Source of the DNA: a virus
Lineage: Duplodnaviria; Heunggongvirae; Uroviricota; Caudoviricetes
Strand: one strand, 5' to 3'
IMG/VR virus record: IMGVR_UViG_2563367158_000003
Length of the DNA: 22,812 bases
The notes under the pieces were generated by a model that made no database searches, was not told the origin of the DNA, and saw only the letters and a list, made by a program, of their open reading frames with translations. Position numbers and translations under genes: made by a program. The first letter of the stretch is position 1. Each line of letters opens with the position of its first letter. Below are positions 1-8,628 of this stretch, piece by piece.

Positions 1-1098
1 TTAAATGCGCTGGTCATTTGATATAGGTAAAATGCTTGTAAAGAGTTTTTCGTCATATAGTGCGTACTCAGGTATGTAATCACTGCTTTTACCTGTTTGG
101 AAGATAGAGGGGTCCTTGTCGATTAAAACATATAACTCAATGAGAATATTTCTTAGTCCCCAAAGCATTTGCTTTAGTTGTTTTTCATCATTGAATGAGA
201 TGCTTATGGCTTCCGTATCTGGTTTTGGATGTTCAGGAATTATTGAGAAAAGATGTTCTTGGTATTTATAATCAATTCCAAGTAGTCTGCAAAGTTGAAT
301 TATGTTTGATTCTATGAGTTGTAGGCTAACTAATTGGTTGTCATGATTTTTTTTGTTGGACTTAAGCGATTTGTTTATGTTGTTATAATGATTTGTTGTT
401 TTTCGAATAAAATCTTCTTCGACAGCGGTGCTATAGCCATTATCAATGGAAGATGATTTGAAAATATTTTTATAAAGAGTGTACGGATGAACTACAGATA
501 GTTCAATACTGTCTATATCACTAGTTTCTTTATTTAATCTTGATAATTTAAATGTTGGTAGTGTTTGGAATATATCAGCGAAGCTTTTCAGATGTGAGTA
601 ATATGAATCAGTGGTGTTTTTTTCAATAACAAGATTGATTTGCTTTTGTGTTTTTTCTATTTGGTTCTCTGTTTGTGTGGTTCTATGTATATTGTTGACG
701 ATTGCTGCAAGAGGTACCGAAGAAGCTAAAATAAATAATGGCAATTTAGAGATGTCAAGAAAGTGATTAAAACCGTCTGATGTGAAATTTAAATCGTGGC
801 CTTTCCAAGCCCAGAGGCCATACAAAACAAACATTTTTAACGGTACGATAATAGATGCTATGAATAATGGTTGTTTTAATAGATTTTTCTCATTTAGTTT
901 AAGCCAATTGAAGCAATAGAACATAAGTATCAATCCAAGTATATAAGCTACACTAAAGAAGATAAAAACTCTTGGACGATTAGTGTATATCAATGCTAAG
1001 GCAATTAAGATAGTAATGATTGCGTAGGTAATGATTAATGTGAGCTTTTTTTTCATTCTATTAAACCAAATTATGTAAAGGATTTTTTGTAACAGCAT
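1..1098 (-). CDS. Hypothetical membrane-anchored protein (365 aa; about four N-terminal hydrophobic helices, then a roughly 230 aa soluble domain of unknown function); possible cargo gene
   Basis: Complete ORF with stop at 1-3 on the minus strand. Hydrophobic segments TLIITYAIITILIALALIY, VFIFFSVAYILGLILMFYCF, IASIIVPLKMFVLYGLWAW and LPLFILASSVPLAAIV are visible in the translation. The region is visibly AT-rich relative to the phage backbone. An alternative in-frame ATG at 1054-1056 lies 4 nt after the int stop (1061-1063). No family recognised. Confidence 0.55.
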   Translation of the reverse strand: MLLQKILYIIWFNRMKKKLTLIITYAIITILIALALIYTNRPRVFIFFSVAYILGLILMFYCFNWLKLNEKNLLKQPLFIASIIVPLKMFVLYGLWAWKGHDLNFTSDGFNHFLDISKLPLFILASSVPLAAIVNNIHRTTQTENQIEKTQKQINLVIEKNTTDSYYSHLKSFADIFQTLPTFKLSRLNKETSDIDSIELSVVHPYTLYKNIFKSSSIDNGYSTAVEEDFIRKTTNHYNNINKSLKSNKKNHDNQLVSLQLIESNIIQLCRLLGIDYKYQEHLFSIIPEHPKPDTEAISISFNDEKQLKQMLWGLRNILIELYVLIDKDPSIFQTGKSSDYIPEYALYDEKLFTSILPISNDQRI

Positions 1099-2077
1099 CT
1101 TCTAGATGGTCTGGAGAAAAGTGTGCGTAAACCATCGTCATTTTTATATCGGCATGGCCCAATATTTCTTTAAGGACAAGAATATTCCCGCCATTCATCA
1201 TAAAATGACTGGCGAATGTATGACGCAGCACGTGGGTGCATTGGCCCTCTGGTAGCTCGATGCCTGCTCGCTTTACTGCTCGTTCAAAGGCTTTTCTGCA
1301 CGGTGTGAATAGTTTCCCTCTGTTCTTGGGGAGTTCATCATACAGATTTTGAGATATCGGCACGGTACGATTTTTCTTACCTTTTGTCTTGGTATAGGTG
1401 ATCCGGTATTTTGATAACTGATGGCCCTGCAAGTTTTCTGCTTCACTCCATCGCGCACCAGTAGCCAGGCATATTTTTGCAATCATTAGTAGGCTGGTGT
1501 TTTGAGATTCGGCGCAGGCATTAAGCAGGCGTTTGATTTCGTCCGTGGAAAGAAAAGCCAATTCACCTTCAGCAATTTTGAAGGTTGGAAGCCCTGCCAG
1601 CGGGTTTGGTGCGGACCAGTGCCCTAGTTTTTTCAATGTACCGAACACCGATGACAGGTTACGCTGCTCAAGATTAACTGTGCGAGGTTTAACGGGTGAC
1701 ATGAACGAGCCGTCTTCATTTTGGACCTCCCCCTTTAATCTGGCTTCCCGATATTTTGTGAAATCACCTGCTGTCAGCTCAGAGGCGATGGGATCGCCTA
1801 GACCATTACAGATAATTCTAAGTTTCGCCATCAGGCGTTTGGGGTCTGCGAGTGTTTGACCATATAGGGAATACCACTGCTCAATCACTTCTGATAATCG
1901 CCGCCGATCTTCCTTCTCACCAAGCCATGGCTTTTTGTTTACTTCGTCCATGGTGAAGCTTTCAAATGCAATGGCTTCGCCTTTGGTAGCAAATTGCTTA
2001 CGCACGCGCTTACCATTGCGTCCATTGGGATAGCACTCACACAACCATTTTCCGTTCGGCTGTTTTCTGATGGTCAT
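1061..2077 (-). CDS. int: Phage tyrosine integrase (P2/186 Int family)
   Basis: 338 aa; ATG at 2075-2077 (minus strand). C-terminal catalytic region with R...H-x-x-R...Y (HVLRHTFASHF ... MTMVYAHF) typical of tyrosine recombinases; sits directly downstream of the repressor as in the 186 cI-int operon. Confidence 0.93.
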   Translation of the reverse strand: MTIRKQPNGKWLCECYPNGRNGKRVRKQFATKGEAIAFESFTMDEVNKKPWLGEKEDRRRLSEVIEQWYSLYGQTLADPKRLMAKLRIICNGLGDPIASELTAGDFTKYREARLKGEVQNEDGSFMSPVKPRTVNLEQRNLSSVFGTLKKLGHWSAPNPLAGLPTFKIAEGELAFLSTDEIKRLLNACAESQNTSLLMIAKICLATGARWSEAENLQGHQLSKYRITYTKTKGKKNRTVPISQNLYDELPKNRGKLFTPCRKAFERAVKRAGIELPEGQCTHVLRHTFASHFMMNGGNILVLKEILGHADIKMTMVYAHFSPDHLEDAVTKNPLHNLV

Positions 2078-2080
2078 AAG

Positions 2081-2713
2081 TTAGAGGTTCTTGATTACTT
2101 TGACTGCACGTCCTACGACTTCCACATCATCTACAGAACATTCAAATGAAGTGTCATCTTGGTTAACTACTATTTTGTTTCCGGGTATGCGCGCAATTTT
2201 GACGATGCTTTTAACTCCGTCCATATCGACTAACCAGAAGCCATTACTGACTTGTTTAACGGACGTATCCACTACAAAGCTATTATTAGCTGTTTTAACA
2301 AATAAAGCGTTGGATGAGTCACCATCGAGCAGGCTGCTATCAAGAAGAATTTCATCACTTGCCTGCAGTTCGCCGTTCTTCAGTTCAACACGTTTGATGC
2401 TAGGAGCAACGATCTTAGAAAGTGGTCTTACAGTGACGGGAGGTTCATTTTTGAGATTTGTATCTTCGTTCTCACACGCATACATATCTCCTTGACCAGT
2501 AGCCAGCCATAGAAGGGAAACTCCTGTTTCAAGGGCACATTGAATTACCCATTCGGCAGGAAAGCTATCCCTTAAGTATCTGTTAGCCATAGTGCTTTTG
2601 GATACCTCCAGATGTTCGCAGAGCTGCTGTCGTGAGCTGAAGTTGTAAGCCTTAATAAGCCTGTTAATTGCATCGCGCCCACCACTATCATTTCCCGCCT
2701 TGATCAAACTCAT
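2081..2713 (-). CDS. cI: CI-type immunity repressor (186 CI-like, N-terminal HTH)
   Basis: ORF track starts at a TTG (2719); the first ATG is at 2711-2713, giving about 210 aa. Helix-turn-helix-like segment near the N-terminus; position between int and the divergent early operon. Stop is 3 nt before the int start. Confidence 0.8.
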   Translation of the reverse strand: MSLIKAGNDSGGRDAINRLIKAYNFSSRQQLCEHLEVSKSTMANRYLRDSFPAEWVIQCALETGVSLLWLATGQGDMYACENEDTNLKNEPPVTVRPLSKIVAPSIKRVELKNGELQASDEILLDSSLLDGDSSNALFVKTANNSFVVDTSVKQVSNGFWLVDMDGVKSIVKIARIPGNKIVVNQDDTSFECSVDDVEVVGRAVKVIKNL

Positions 2714-2724
2714 AATCAAACCCC

Positions 2725-2753
2725 TTGACGTATATAAAAAGTGATCCTAATAT
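2725..2753 (+). promoter_or_regulatory. Sigma70-type early (lytic) promoter, pR-like: -35 TTGACG (2725-2730), 17 nt spacer, -10 TAATAT (2748-2753)
   Basis: Near-consensus hexamers with optimal spacing read directly from the sequence, about 75 nt upstream of the apl-like start at 2830. Confidence 0.55.
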
Positions 2754-2829
2754 CCATTTATGGTTTGAAAAGCAAAACCAAACCACATAAAACAAGATAA
2801 AACGAAACCAAACTAAGAGATACTGCACT

Positions 2830-3072
2830 ATGAGTACTGATATTTCAATTCGTGTACCAAAAGAGATGGCTACGCCTGCAGAGTTCGCGGAATGGGAAGG
2901 TATCTCCCGCGGCTCCGTGTATCAAAAAATTCACCATGGTCAGCTTGCTAAATACATGGTCAAGAAAGAAAAAAACAAAGGCCGCGTAAGCCTGCGTTAT
3001 TTAATGTACAAAACCGATCAGGTCCGTGAATCCCTCGGTCATTCCAACTTCCGCGTCATTGTTGGTAAGTAA
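2830..3072 (+). CDS. apl: Apl/Cox-like excisionase and switch regulator (small HTH protein)
   Basis: 80 aa, first gene of the rightward operon opposite cI, as for 186 apl / P2 cox; HTH-like stretch AEFAEWEGISRGSVYQKI. Assignment is by position and size. Confidence 0.55.
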   Translation: MSTDISIRVPKEMATPAEFAEWEGISRGSVYQKIHHGQLAKYMVKKEKNKGRVSLRYLMYKTDQVRESLGHSNFRVIVGK

Positions 3073-3104
3073 GTTCAATTATGAGAACTTTCTAAGGGGG
3101 TAGC

Positions 3105-3614
3105 ATGTTTGATTATAAGATTTCCAAACACCCGCATTTTGATGAAGCCTGTAGAGCTTTTGCACTTCGTCACAATATGGCGAAGCTGGCAGAACGTGCA
3201 GGAATGAATGTCCAGACTCTGCGAAACAAACTCAACCCAGATCAACCGCATCAGCTCAATGCGCCAGAAATCTGGCTGCTTACCGATCTGACTGAAGATT
3301 CAACGCTGATAGATGGTTTTCTGGCACAGATTCACTGCCTGCCATGTGTACCGATTAATGAGGTAGCAAAAGAGAAACTGCCGCATTACGTCATGAGTGC
3401 AACCGCAGAGATCGGGCGTGTTGCTGCAGGTGCGGTATCTGGCAATGTAAAAACCAGTGCAGGTCGTCGTGATGCTATCAGCAGCATTAACTCTGTAACA
3501 CGACTGATGGCGCTGGCTGCTGTTTCATTGCAGGCCCGTTTACAGGCTAACCCGGCGATGGCGAGTGCAGTTGATACCATGACTGGCCTTGGTGCTTCAT
3601 TCGGTTTGCTGTGA
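3105..3614 (+). CDS. cII: CII-like lysogeny establishment regulator (186 CII family)
   Basis: 169 aa, the length I recall for 186 CII; position immediately after apl; strong RBS (AAGGGGG) upstream of the ATG at 3105. Confidence 0.7.
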   Translation: MFDYKISKHPHFDEACRAFALRHNMAKLAERAGMNVQTLRNKLNPDQPHQLNAPEIWLLTDLTEDSTLIDGFLAQIHCLPCVPINEVAKEKLPHYVMSATAEIGRVAAGAVSGNVKTSAGRRDAISSINSVTRLMALAAVSLQARLQANPAMASAVDTMTGLGASFGLL

Positions 3615-3621
3615 GGTGCTT

Positions 3622-3822
3622 ATGCTTACGAAAGAACCATCATTTGCATCGCTGCTGGTTAAACAAAGCCCGGCAATGCACTACGGTCACGGCTGGATCA
3701 TGGGTGAGGATGGTAAACGCTGGCATCCGTGCCGTTCACAAGATGAATTGCTGGCAGAACTATCTACGAAAAAACGGGGGAACAAATGGCTATTGAAGGC
3801 GCTGCGGCGACTGTTCCATTAA
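3622..3822 (+). CDS. Small early-operon protein of unknown function (66 aa; in the position of 186 fil)
   Basis: In-frame ATG at 3622 preceded by GTGAGGTG; the ORF track's extended start at 3589 is a non-ATG codon overlapping the cII end. Confidence 0.45.
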   Translation: MLTKEPSFASLLVKQSPAMHYGHGWIMGEDGKRWHPCRSQDELLAELSTKKRGNKWLLKALRRLFH

Positions 3823-4127
3823 GCCCCGGTCAACGCCTGAATGGACTTAATCACATTGCGGAGTTAAGGGCGAAAGTTTTTGGTCTGAATATTGAGTCAG
3901 AGCTTGAGCGGTTTATTAAAGATATGCGTGATCCACGCGATATTAATAGCGAACAAAATAAACGGGCACTGGCTGCCATATTCTTTATGGCAAAAATTCC
4001 AGCTGAACGTCATAGCATCAGCATTAATGAGCTGACCACTGACGAAAAGCGGGAGTTGATTAAAGCAATGAATCATTTTCGTGCAGTAGTGAGCTTATTC
4101 CCCAGACGGCTAACCATGCCGAATTAA
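3786..4127 (+). CDS. Early-operon hypothetical protein (113 aa)
   Basis: ORF with ATG at 3786 preceded by a GGGGGA Shine-Dalgarno; overlaps the end of the previous ORF, consistent with operon coupling. Confidence 0.5.
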   Translation: MAIEGAAATVPLSPGQRLNGLNHIAELRAKVFGLNIESELERFIKDMRDPRDINSEQNKRALAAIFFMAKIPAERHSISINELTTDEKRELIKAMNHFRAVVSLFPRRLTMPN

Positions 4128-4194
4128 CCAACTAATGAAATTCATGGCGTAAACCCGCCGGGTATCCCTTTAGCTAAATTCAGGAGAATTGATT

Positions 4195-4428
4195 ATGCGT
4201 AATATTGAAACCCTCACGACTAAAACCGGACCGGATGATGCAGGGCTTAATATTTTACTGACAGAGGCTCGTCTGGAAGAACGCCGGGAAAGAGCTGAAG
4301 CAATGGCAGCTCGCCTTGATAGCCTTGCGTGCCATATCACATCCCGCCAGCTAAACCACGTTGAAGCGGCTGAACTGCTGCGTGTGGCAGCTGAAGCAAT
4401 CCAGAACGAAGCGCAGGAGATCCACTAA
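4195..4428 (+). CDS. Early-operon hypothetical protein (77 aa)
   Basis: ATG at 4195 with AGGAG 8 nt upstream; the track's start at 4189 is a TTG. Stop overlaps the next start (TAATG). Confidence 0.5.
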   Translation: MRNIETLTTKTGPDDAGLNILLTEARLEERRERAEAMAARLDSLACHITSRQLNHVEAAELLRVAAEAIQNEAQEIH

Positions 4429-4655
4429 TGGCTGATGCAATGGATCTCGTACAGCAGCGCGTTGAAGAAGAACGCCAGCGCCATATCCGTTCTGCCCGTG
4501 CCAAAACGCCGGGCGTGTCCCGCCTGCTTTGCATTGAGTGTGAAGCGCCAATTCCGCCAGCACGCCGCCGCGCCATTCCGGGTGTGCAGCTTTGCATTAC
4601 CTGTCAGGAAATCGCAGAGCTGAAAGGCAAACATTACAACGGAGGTGCTGTATGA
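4428..4655 (+). CDS. TraR/DksA-family C4 zinc-finger protein
   Basis: 75 aa with CxxC-N17-CxxC (CIECEAPIPPARRRAIPGVQLCITC), the signature of phage and plasmid TraR/DksA-like zinc fingers common in P2-like early regions. Confidence 0.75.
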   Translation: MADAMDLVQQRVEEERQRHIRSARAKTPGVSRLLCIECEAPIPPARRRAIPGVQLCITCQEIAELKGKHYNGGAV

Positions 4656-5509
4656 GCACCATCCTGAAATGGGCGGGAAATAAAACCGCCATTATGTCCG
4701 AACTGAAAAAGCATCTTCCTGCTGGCCCGCGACTGGTTGAACCTTTCGCGGGTTCCTGTGCAGTGATGATGGAGACGGAGTACCCCAGCTATCTTGTTGC
4801 GGATATTAATCCTGATTTAATCAACCTCTATAAAAAGGTTGCTGCTGATTGTGAATCGTTTATATCTCGCGCCAGAGCTTTATTTGAGGAAGCAAACAGG
4901 GAGGTGGCTTATTACAACATAAGGCAGGAGTTTAATTACTCAACTGAAATTACTGATTTCATGAAAGCGGTATATTTCCTGTATCTCAATCGTCACGGTT
5001 ACCGTGGTTTATGTCGCTATAACAAGAGCGGGCATTTCAACATTCCCTACGGTAATTATAAAAATCCGTATTTCCCTGAAAAAGAAATTCGCGCATTTGC
5101 AGAAAAAGCCCAGCGAGCAACGTTTATCTGCGCCAGCTTTGATGAAACGCTGGCGATGTTGAAGGCGGGGGATGTGGTGTATTGCGATCCGCCGTATGAC
5201 GGTACGTTTTCCGGCTATCACACTGATGGTTTCACTGAAGATGACCAGTATCACCTGGCATCCGTTCTTGAACATCGGTCATCAGAAGGACATCCGGTCA
5301 TTGTTTCTAACAGTGACACATCCCTGATCCGTTCGTTGTATCGCAATTTCACCCACCACTACATCAAAGCAAAACGCAGCATCGGTGTGGCAGCTGGCGA
5401 GGGTAAATCAGCAACAGAAATCATTGCTGTTTCCGGGCCGCGCTGCTGGGTGGGATTTGATTATTCGCGTGGCGTGGACAGTTCTGCCGTGTACGGAGTA
5501 CGTGCATGA
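4652..5509 (+). CDS. dam: DNA adenine methyltransferase (Dam-like, N6-adenine)
   Basis: Start chosen at ATG 4652 ([11 protein letters not shown]..., typical Dam N-terminus) rather than the track's upstream start; AdoMet motif EPFAGSCAV and catalytic DPPY ([10 protein letters not shown]) present. Start overlaps the upstream stop (ATGA). Confidence 0.9.
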   Translation: MSTILKWAGNKTAIMSELKKHLPAGPRLVEPFAGSCAVMMETEYPSYLVADINPDLINLYKKVAADCESFISRARALFEEANREVAYYNIRQEFNYSTEITDFMKAVYFLYLNRHGYRGLCRYNKSGHFNIPYGNYKNPYFPEKEIRAFAEKAQRATFICASFDETLAMLKAGDVVYCDPPYDGTFSGYHTDGFTEDDQYHLASVLEHRSSEGHPVIVSNSDTSLIRSLYRNFTHHYIKAKRSIGVAAGEGKSATEIIAVSGPRCWVGFDYSRGVDSSAVYGVRA

Positions 5510-7920
5510 GTCATGCCGATATGAACAACTGCTGCGGCTTTAACGAGGCTGCCGCAGCATTCTCATGGAACAGCCCGAAAAAGGCCATTAACCCTTATCT
5601 GGACCCGGCGGAAGTTGCGCCGGTTTCTGCGCTTTCAAACCTGATCACTCTGTACGCTGCCGATAACGAGCAGGAACAACTGCGCCGCGAGGCACTGAGT
5701 GATCAGGTCTGGGAGCATTATTTCTTTAATGAATCCCGTGATCCTGTCCAGCGCGAAATGGAGCAGGATAAGCTAATTAGCCGGGCAAAGCTGGCGCATG
5801 AGCAGCAGCGTTTTAATCCGGACATGGTCATTCTGGCGGATGTCAACGCCCAGCCTTCCCATATCAGCAAGCCGCTGATGCAACGTATTAAATACTTCAG
5901 CAACCTGGGCAGGCCAAAGGCTTATTCCCGCTATTTGCGTGAGACGATTAAGCCATGCTTGGAACGACTGGAGCATGTACGCGACAGCCAGCTATCTGCA
6001 TCTTTTCGTTTTATGGCAAGCCATGAAGGGCTGGACGGTCTGCTGATCCTGCCTGAAATGAGTCAGGATCAGGTGAAACGCCTGTCCACCCTTGTCGCTG
6101 CGCATATGAGCATGTGTCTTGATGCCGCTTGTGGTGATTTGTACGCCTCCGATGATGTTAAGCCGGAAGAAATCCGCAAGACATGGGAAAAGGTGGCAGC
6201 AGAAACCCTGCGACTGGATGTCATACCGCCTGCGTTTGAGCAACTCCGCCGGAAAAGAAACCGCCGCAAACCTGTGCCCTATGAACTCATTCCGGGTTCG
6301 CTGGCGCGTATGCTGTGCGCCGACTGGTGGTATCGGAAATTATGGAAGATGCGTTGCGAATGGCGGGAAGAGCAGTTGCGTGCTGTCTGTCTGGTCAGCA
6401 AAAAAGCATCTCCCTATGTCAGCTATGAAGCCGTGATGCATAAACGTGAGCAGCGCCGTAAGTCGCTGGAGTTTTTCCGTTCTCATGAACTGGTGAACGA
6501 AGACGGCGACATGCTGGACATGGAGGATGTGGTAAACGCCAGCAGCAGCAACCCGGCGCATCGCCGCAATGAGATGATGGCCTGCGTTAAAGGTCTGGAG
6601 CTTATCGCGGAAATGCGTGGTGACTGCGCCGTTTTCTACACCATCACCTGTCCGTCACGTTTCCATTCCACGCTAAATAACGGCAGGCCAAACCCGACCT
6701 GGACCAACGCGACAGTAAGACAAAGCAGCGATTATCTGGTCGGCATGTTTGCTGCATTTCGTAAGGCTATGCACAAAGCCGGATTGCGCTGGTATGGCGT
6801 GCGGGTGGCTGAGCCGCATCATGACGGTACAGTTCACTGGCACCTGTTGTGTTTTATGCGCAAAAAAGATCGCCGCGCCATTACTGCTTTGTTGTGTAAG
6901 TTTGCCATTCGTGAAGACCGCGAGGAGCTGGGGAATAACACGGGACCACGCTTTAAGTCTGAGTTGATTAACCCGCGCAAAGGAACGCCGACAAGCTACA
7001 TCGCGAAATATATCAGCAAGAACATTGACGGGCGTGGTCTGGCTGGCGAGATCAGCAAGGAAACGGGTAAATCTCTGCGTGATAACGCTGAATACGTGAA
7101 TGCCTGGGCGTCTTTGCATCGTGTTCAGCAATTCCGCTTCTTTGGCATTCCGGGGCGTCAGGCTTACCGTGAACTGCGATTGCTGGCTGGTCAGGCGGCA
7201 AGGCAGCAGGGTGACAAAAAAGCAGGTGTGCCGGTACTGGATAACCCGCGCCTTGATGCCATTCTGGCTGCTGCTGATGCTGGTTGTTTTGCCACCTATA
7301 TCATGAAGCAGGGAGGTGTACTGGTTCCCCGTAAATATCACCTCATCAGAACTGCTTATGAAATTAACGAAGAGCCGACCGCCTATGGCGATCACGGTAT
7401 TCGTATTTATGGCATCTGGTCACCCATTGCAGAGGGCAAGATCTGCACTCATGCAGTGAAGTGGAAAATGGTTCGTAAGGCCGTTGACGTTCAGGAGGCG
7501 GCAGCCGACCAGGGCGCTTGCGCCCCTTGGACTCGTGGCAATAACTGTCCCCTTGCTGAAAATTTGAACCAACAAGGGAAAGACAAATCAGCTGATGGGG
7601 ATACCAGGACGGACATTACCCGCATGGATGACAAGGAGTTGCACGATTACCTGCACAGTATGAGCAAAAAAGAGCGCCGGGAACTGGCTGCAAGGTTACG
7701 CCTGGTGAAACCGAAATGGCGTAAAGACTACAAACAGCGAATTACAGACCATCAGCGACAGCAGCTCGTCTATGAACTGAAGTCCAGAGGATTTGATGGC
7801 AGCGAGAAAGAGGTCGATTTACTCCTTCGCGGCGGCAGTATTCCGTCAGGAGCAGGCCTGCGTATCTTCTATCGGAACCAGCGTTTGCAGGAAGATGATA
7901 AGTGGCGAAACCTGTATTAA
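5506..7920 (+). CDS. A: Replication initiation protein A (rolling-circle nicking endonuclease, P2 gpA family)
   Basis: 804 aa; HUH-like motif (GTVHWHLL) and paired active-site tyrosines (YIAKYISK); follows the early operon as in P2/186. Start overlaps the dam stop (ATGA). Confidence 0.92.
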   Translation: MSHADMNNCCGFNEAAAAFSWNSPKKAINPYLDPAEVAPVSALSNLITLYAADNEQEQLRREALSDQVWEHYFFNESRDPVQREMEQDKLISRAKLAHEQQRFNPDMVILADVNAQPSHISKPLMQRIKYFSNLGRPKAYSRYLRETIKPCLERLEHVRDSQLSASFRFMASHEGLDGLLILPEMSQDQVKRLSTLVAAHMSMCLDAACGDLYASDDVKPEEIRKTWEKVAAETLRLDVIPPAFEQLRRKRNRRKPVPYELIPGSLARMLCADWWYRKLWKMRCEWREEQLRAVCLVSKKASPYVSYEAVMHKREQRRKSLEFFRSHELVNEDGDMLDMEDVVNASSSNPAHRRNEMMACVKGLELIAEMRGDCAVFYTITCPSRFHSTLNNGRPNPTWTNATVRQSSDYLVGMFAAFRKAMHKAGLRWYGVRVAEPHHDGTVHWHLLCFMRKKDRRAITALLCKFAIREDREELGNNTGPRFKSELINPRKGTPTSYIAKYISKNIDGRGLAGEISKETGKSLRDNAEYVNAWASLHRVQQFRFFGIPGRQAYRELRLLAGQAARQQGDKKAGVPVLDNPRLDAILAAADAGCFATYIMKQGGVLVPRKYHLIRTAYEINEEPTAYGDHGIRIYGIWSPIAEGKICTHAVKWKMVRKAVDVQEAAADQGACAPWTRGNNCPLAENLNQQGKDKSADGDTRTDITRMDDKELHDYLHSMSKKERRELAARLRLVKPKWRKDYKQRITDHQRQQLVYELKSRGFDGSEKEVDLLLRGGSIPSGAGLRIFYRNQRLQEDDKWRNLY

Positions 7921-8014
7921 TTACGCGGGTTAACAATTCGTGCTCTTAATAATACCAGGCATATCAGGCTGATGAACGTAAAAAAACGTTTTACATCAGT
8001 AAGATTATTATATA

Positions 8015-8030
8015 CTGTAAATATAAACAG
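8015..8030 (+). promoter_or_regulatory. LexA (SOS) box CTGTAAATATAAACAG within a promoter-like AT-rich region upstream of the tum-like ORF
   Basis: Matches the CTGT-N8-ACAG LexA consensus exactly, with an AT-rich spacer; lies 44 nt upstream of the ATG at 8074. Phage 186 tum is known to be LexA-controlled. Confidence 0.7.
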
Positions 8031-8073
8031 TGGTTATACATACAGTATTTCTTGTGGTGTCATAGGAGGAAAG

Positions 8074-8262
8074 ATGCAGGACTATTTTTTGGAGTCTTTG
8101 AAGCTCCAGCGCATTGATTTTTTTCTTAAACTTGTAGCGGCTAGTGAGTGTAGTGATGAAGAGAAGGGGCTGGCTTTGCAGTGGGTTTCTGAACTGACAG
8201 ATGAACTCATGGCAAAAATCAGAACCCACGAATACAACCGCTCAATGGATGTCATCAGCTGA
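8074..8262 (+). CDS. Small SOS-operon protein (62 aa), possible N-terminal (antirepressor) part of a Tum-like protein
   Basis: ATG at 8074 with GGAGG upstream, directly downstream of the LexA box; the track's longer ORF from 7972 would include the operator, so the shorter start is preferred. Confidence 0.45.
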   Translation: MQDYFLESLKLQRIDFFLKLVAASECSDEEKGLALQWVSELTDELMAKIRTHEYNRSMDVIS

Positions 8263-8272
8263 GGTGACTTTT

Positions 8273-8506
8273 ATGCGCATTGAAATAATGATCGATAAAG
8301 AGCAGAAGATTAGCCAGTCTACCCTGGACGCCCTTGAATCCGAGCTTTACCGCAATCTGCGCCCCCTATATCCAAAAACGGTAATTCGCATCCGCAAAGG
8401 TAGCTCTAACGGTGTGGAACTGACCGGACTGCAACTGGACGAAGAAAGGAAGCAAGTGATGAAAATTATGCAGAAGGTGTGGGAAGACGACAGCTGGCTG
8501 CATTAA
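8273..8506 (+). CDS. DinI-family protein (77 aa)
   Basis: ATG at 8273 (MRIEIMIDKEQ...); length and sequence pattern resemble DinI (MRIEV...start, acidic C-terminus ending W-x-x-DD-W); second gene of the LexA-boxed operon. Confidence 0.75.
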   Translation: MRIEIMIDKEQKISQSTLDALESELYRNLRPLYPKTVIRIRKGSSNGVELTGLQLDEERKQVMKIMQKVWEDDSWLH

Positions 8507-8628
8507 GAAACGTTGCTGGCGTCTGAACTTGCTTCTGGCGTCAGCAAGGTTGAACAACGAGCTGTGCGAGGCGTTAGTTGATATAGTATCAATATATAAA
8601 AGGTTTCTCGAAGTTTTAAGGTAAGGTT

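Noticed and set aside
1533-1859. 108 aa plus-strand ORF inside int, and 134 aa ORF (2091-2495) inside cI
   Set aside because: Both are antisense to genes with clear family features; no promoter or RBS evidence.
4592-4651. Upstream extension of the Dam ORF (track start at 4592)
   Set aside because: The extension overlaps the zinc-finger gene; the canonical Dam N-terminus ([11 protein letters not shown]) starts at ATG 4652, which overlaps the upstream stop in a typical coupling arrangement.
6673-7395. 240 aa minus-strand ORF inside replication gene A
   Set aside because: Antisense to a confidently assigned gene with intact catalytic motifs in the sense frame; no independent start signals.
8036-8050. 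Possible second LexA half-site (ACAGTA) just downstream of the LexA box
   Set aside because: No matching CTGT half-site at the required 8 nt spacing; only the 8015-8030 box is complete.
7972-8073. Upstream extension of the tum-like ORF (track start at 7972)
   Set aside because: Would place the LexA operator and promoter inside the coding region; the ATG at 8074 has a proper GGAGG RBS.
8507-8545. Direct repeat CTGGCGTC ... CTGGCGTCAGC after the DinI-like gene, considered as a terminator
   Set aside because: The repeats are direct rather than inverted; the only pairing (TTGCTG ... CAGCAA) gives a 6 bp stem with a 23 nt loop and no T-run.
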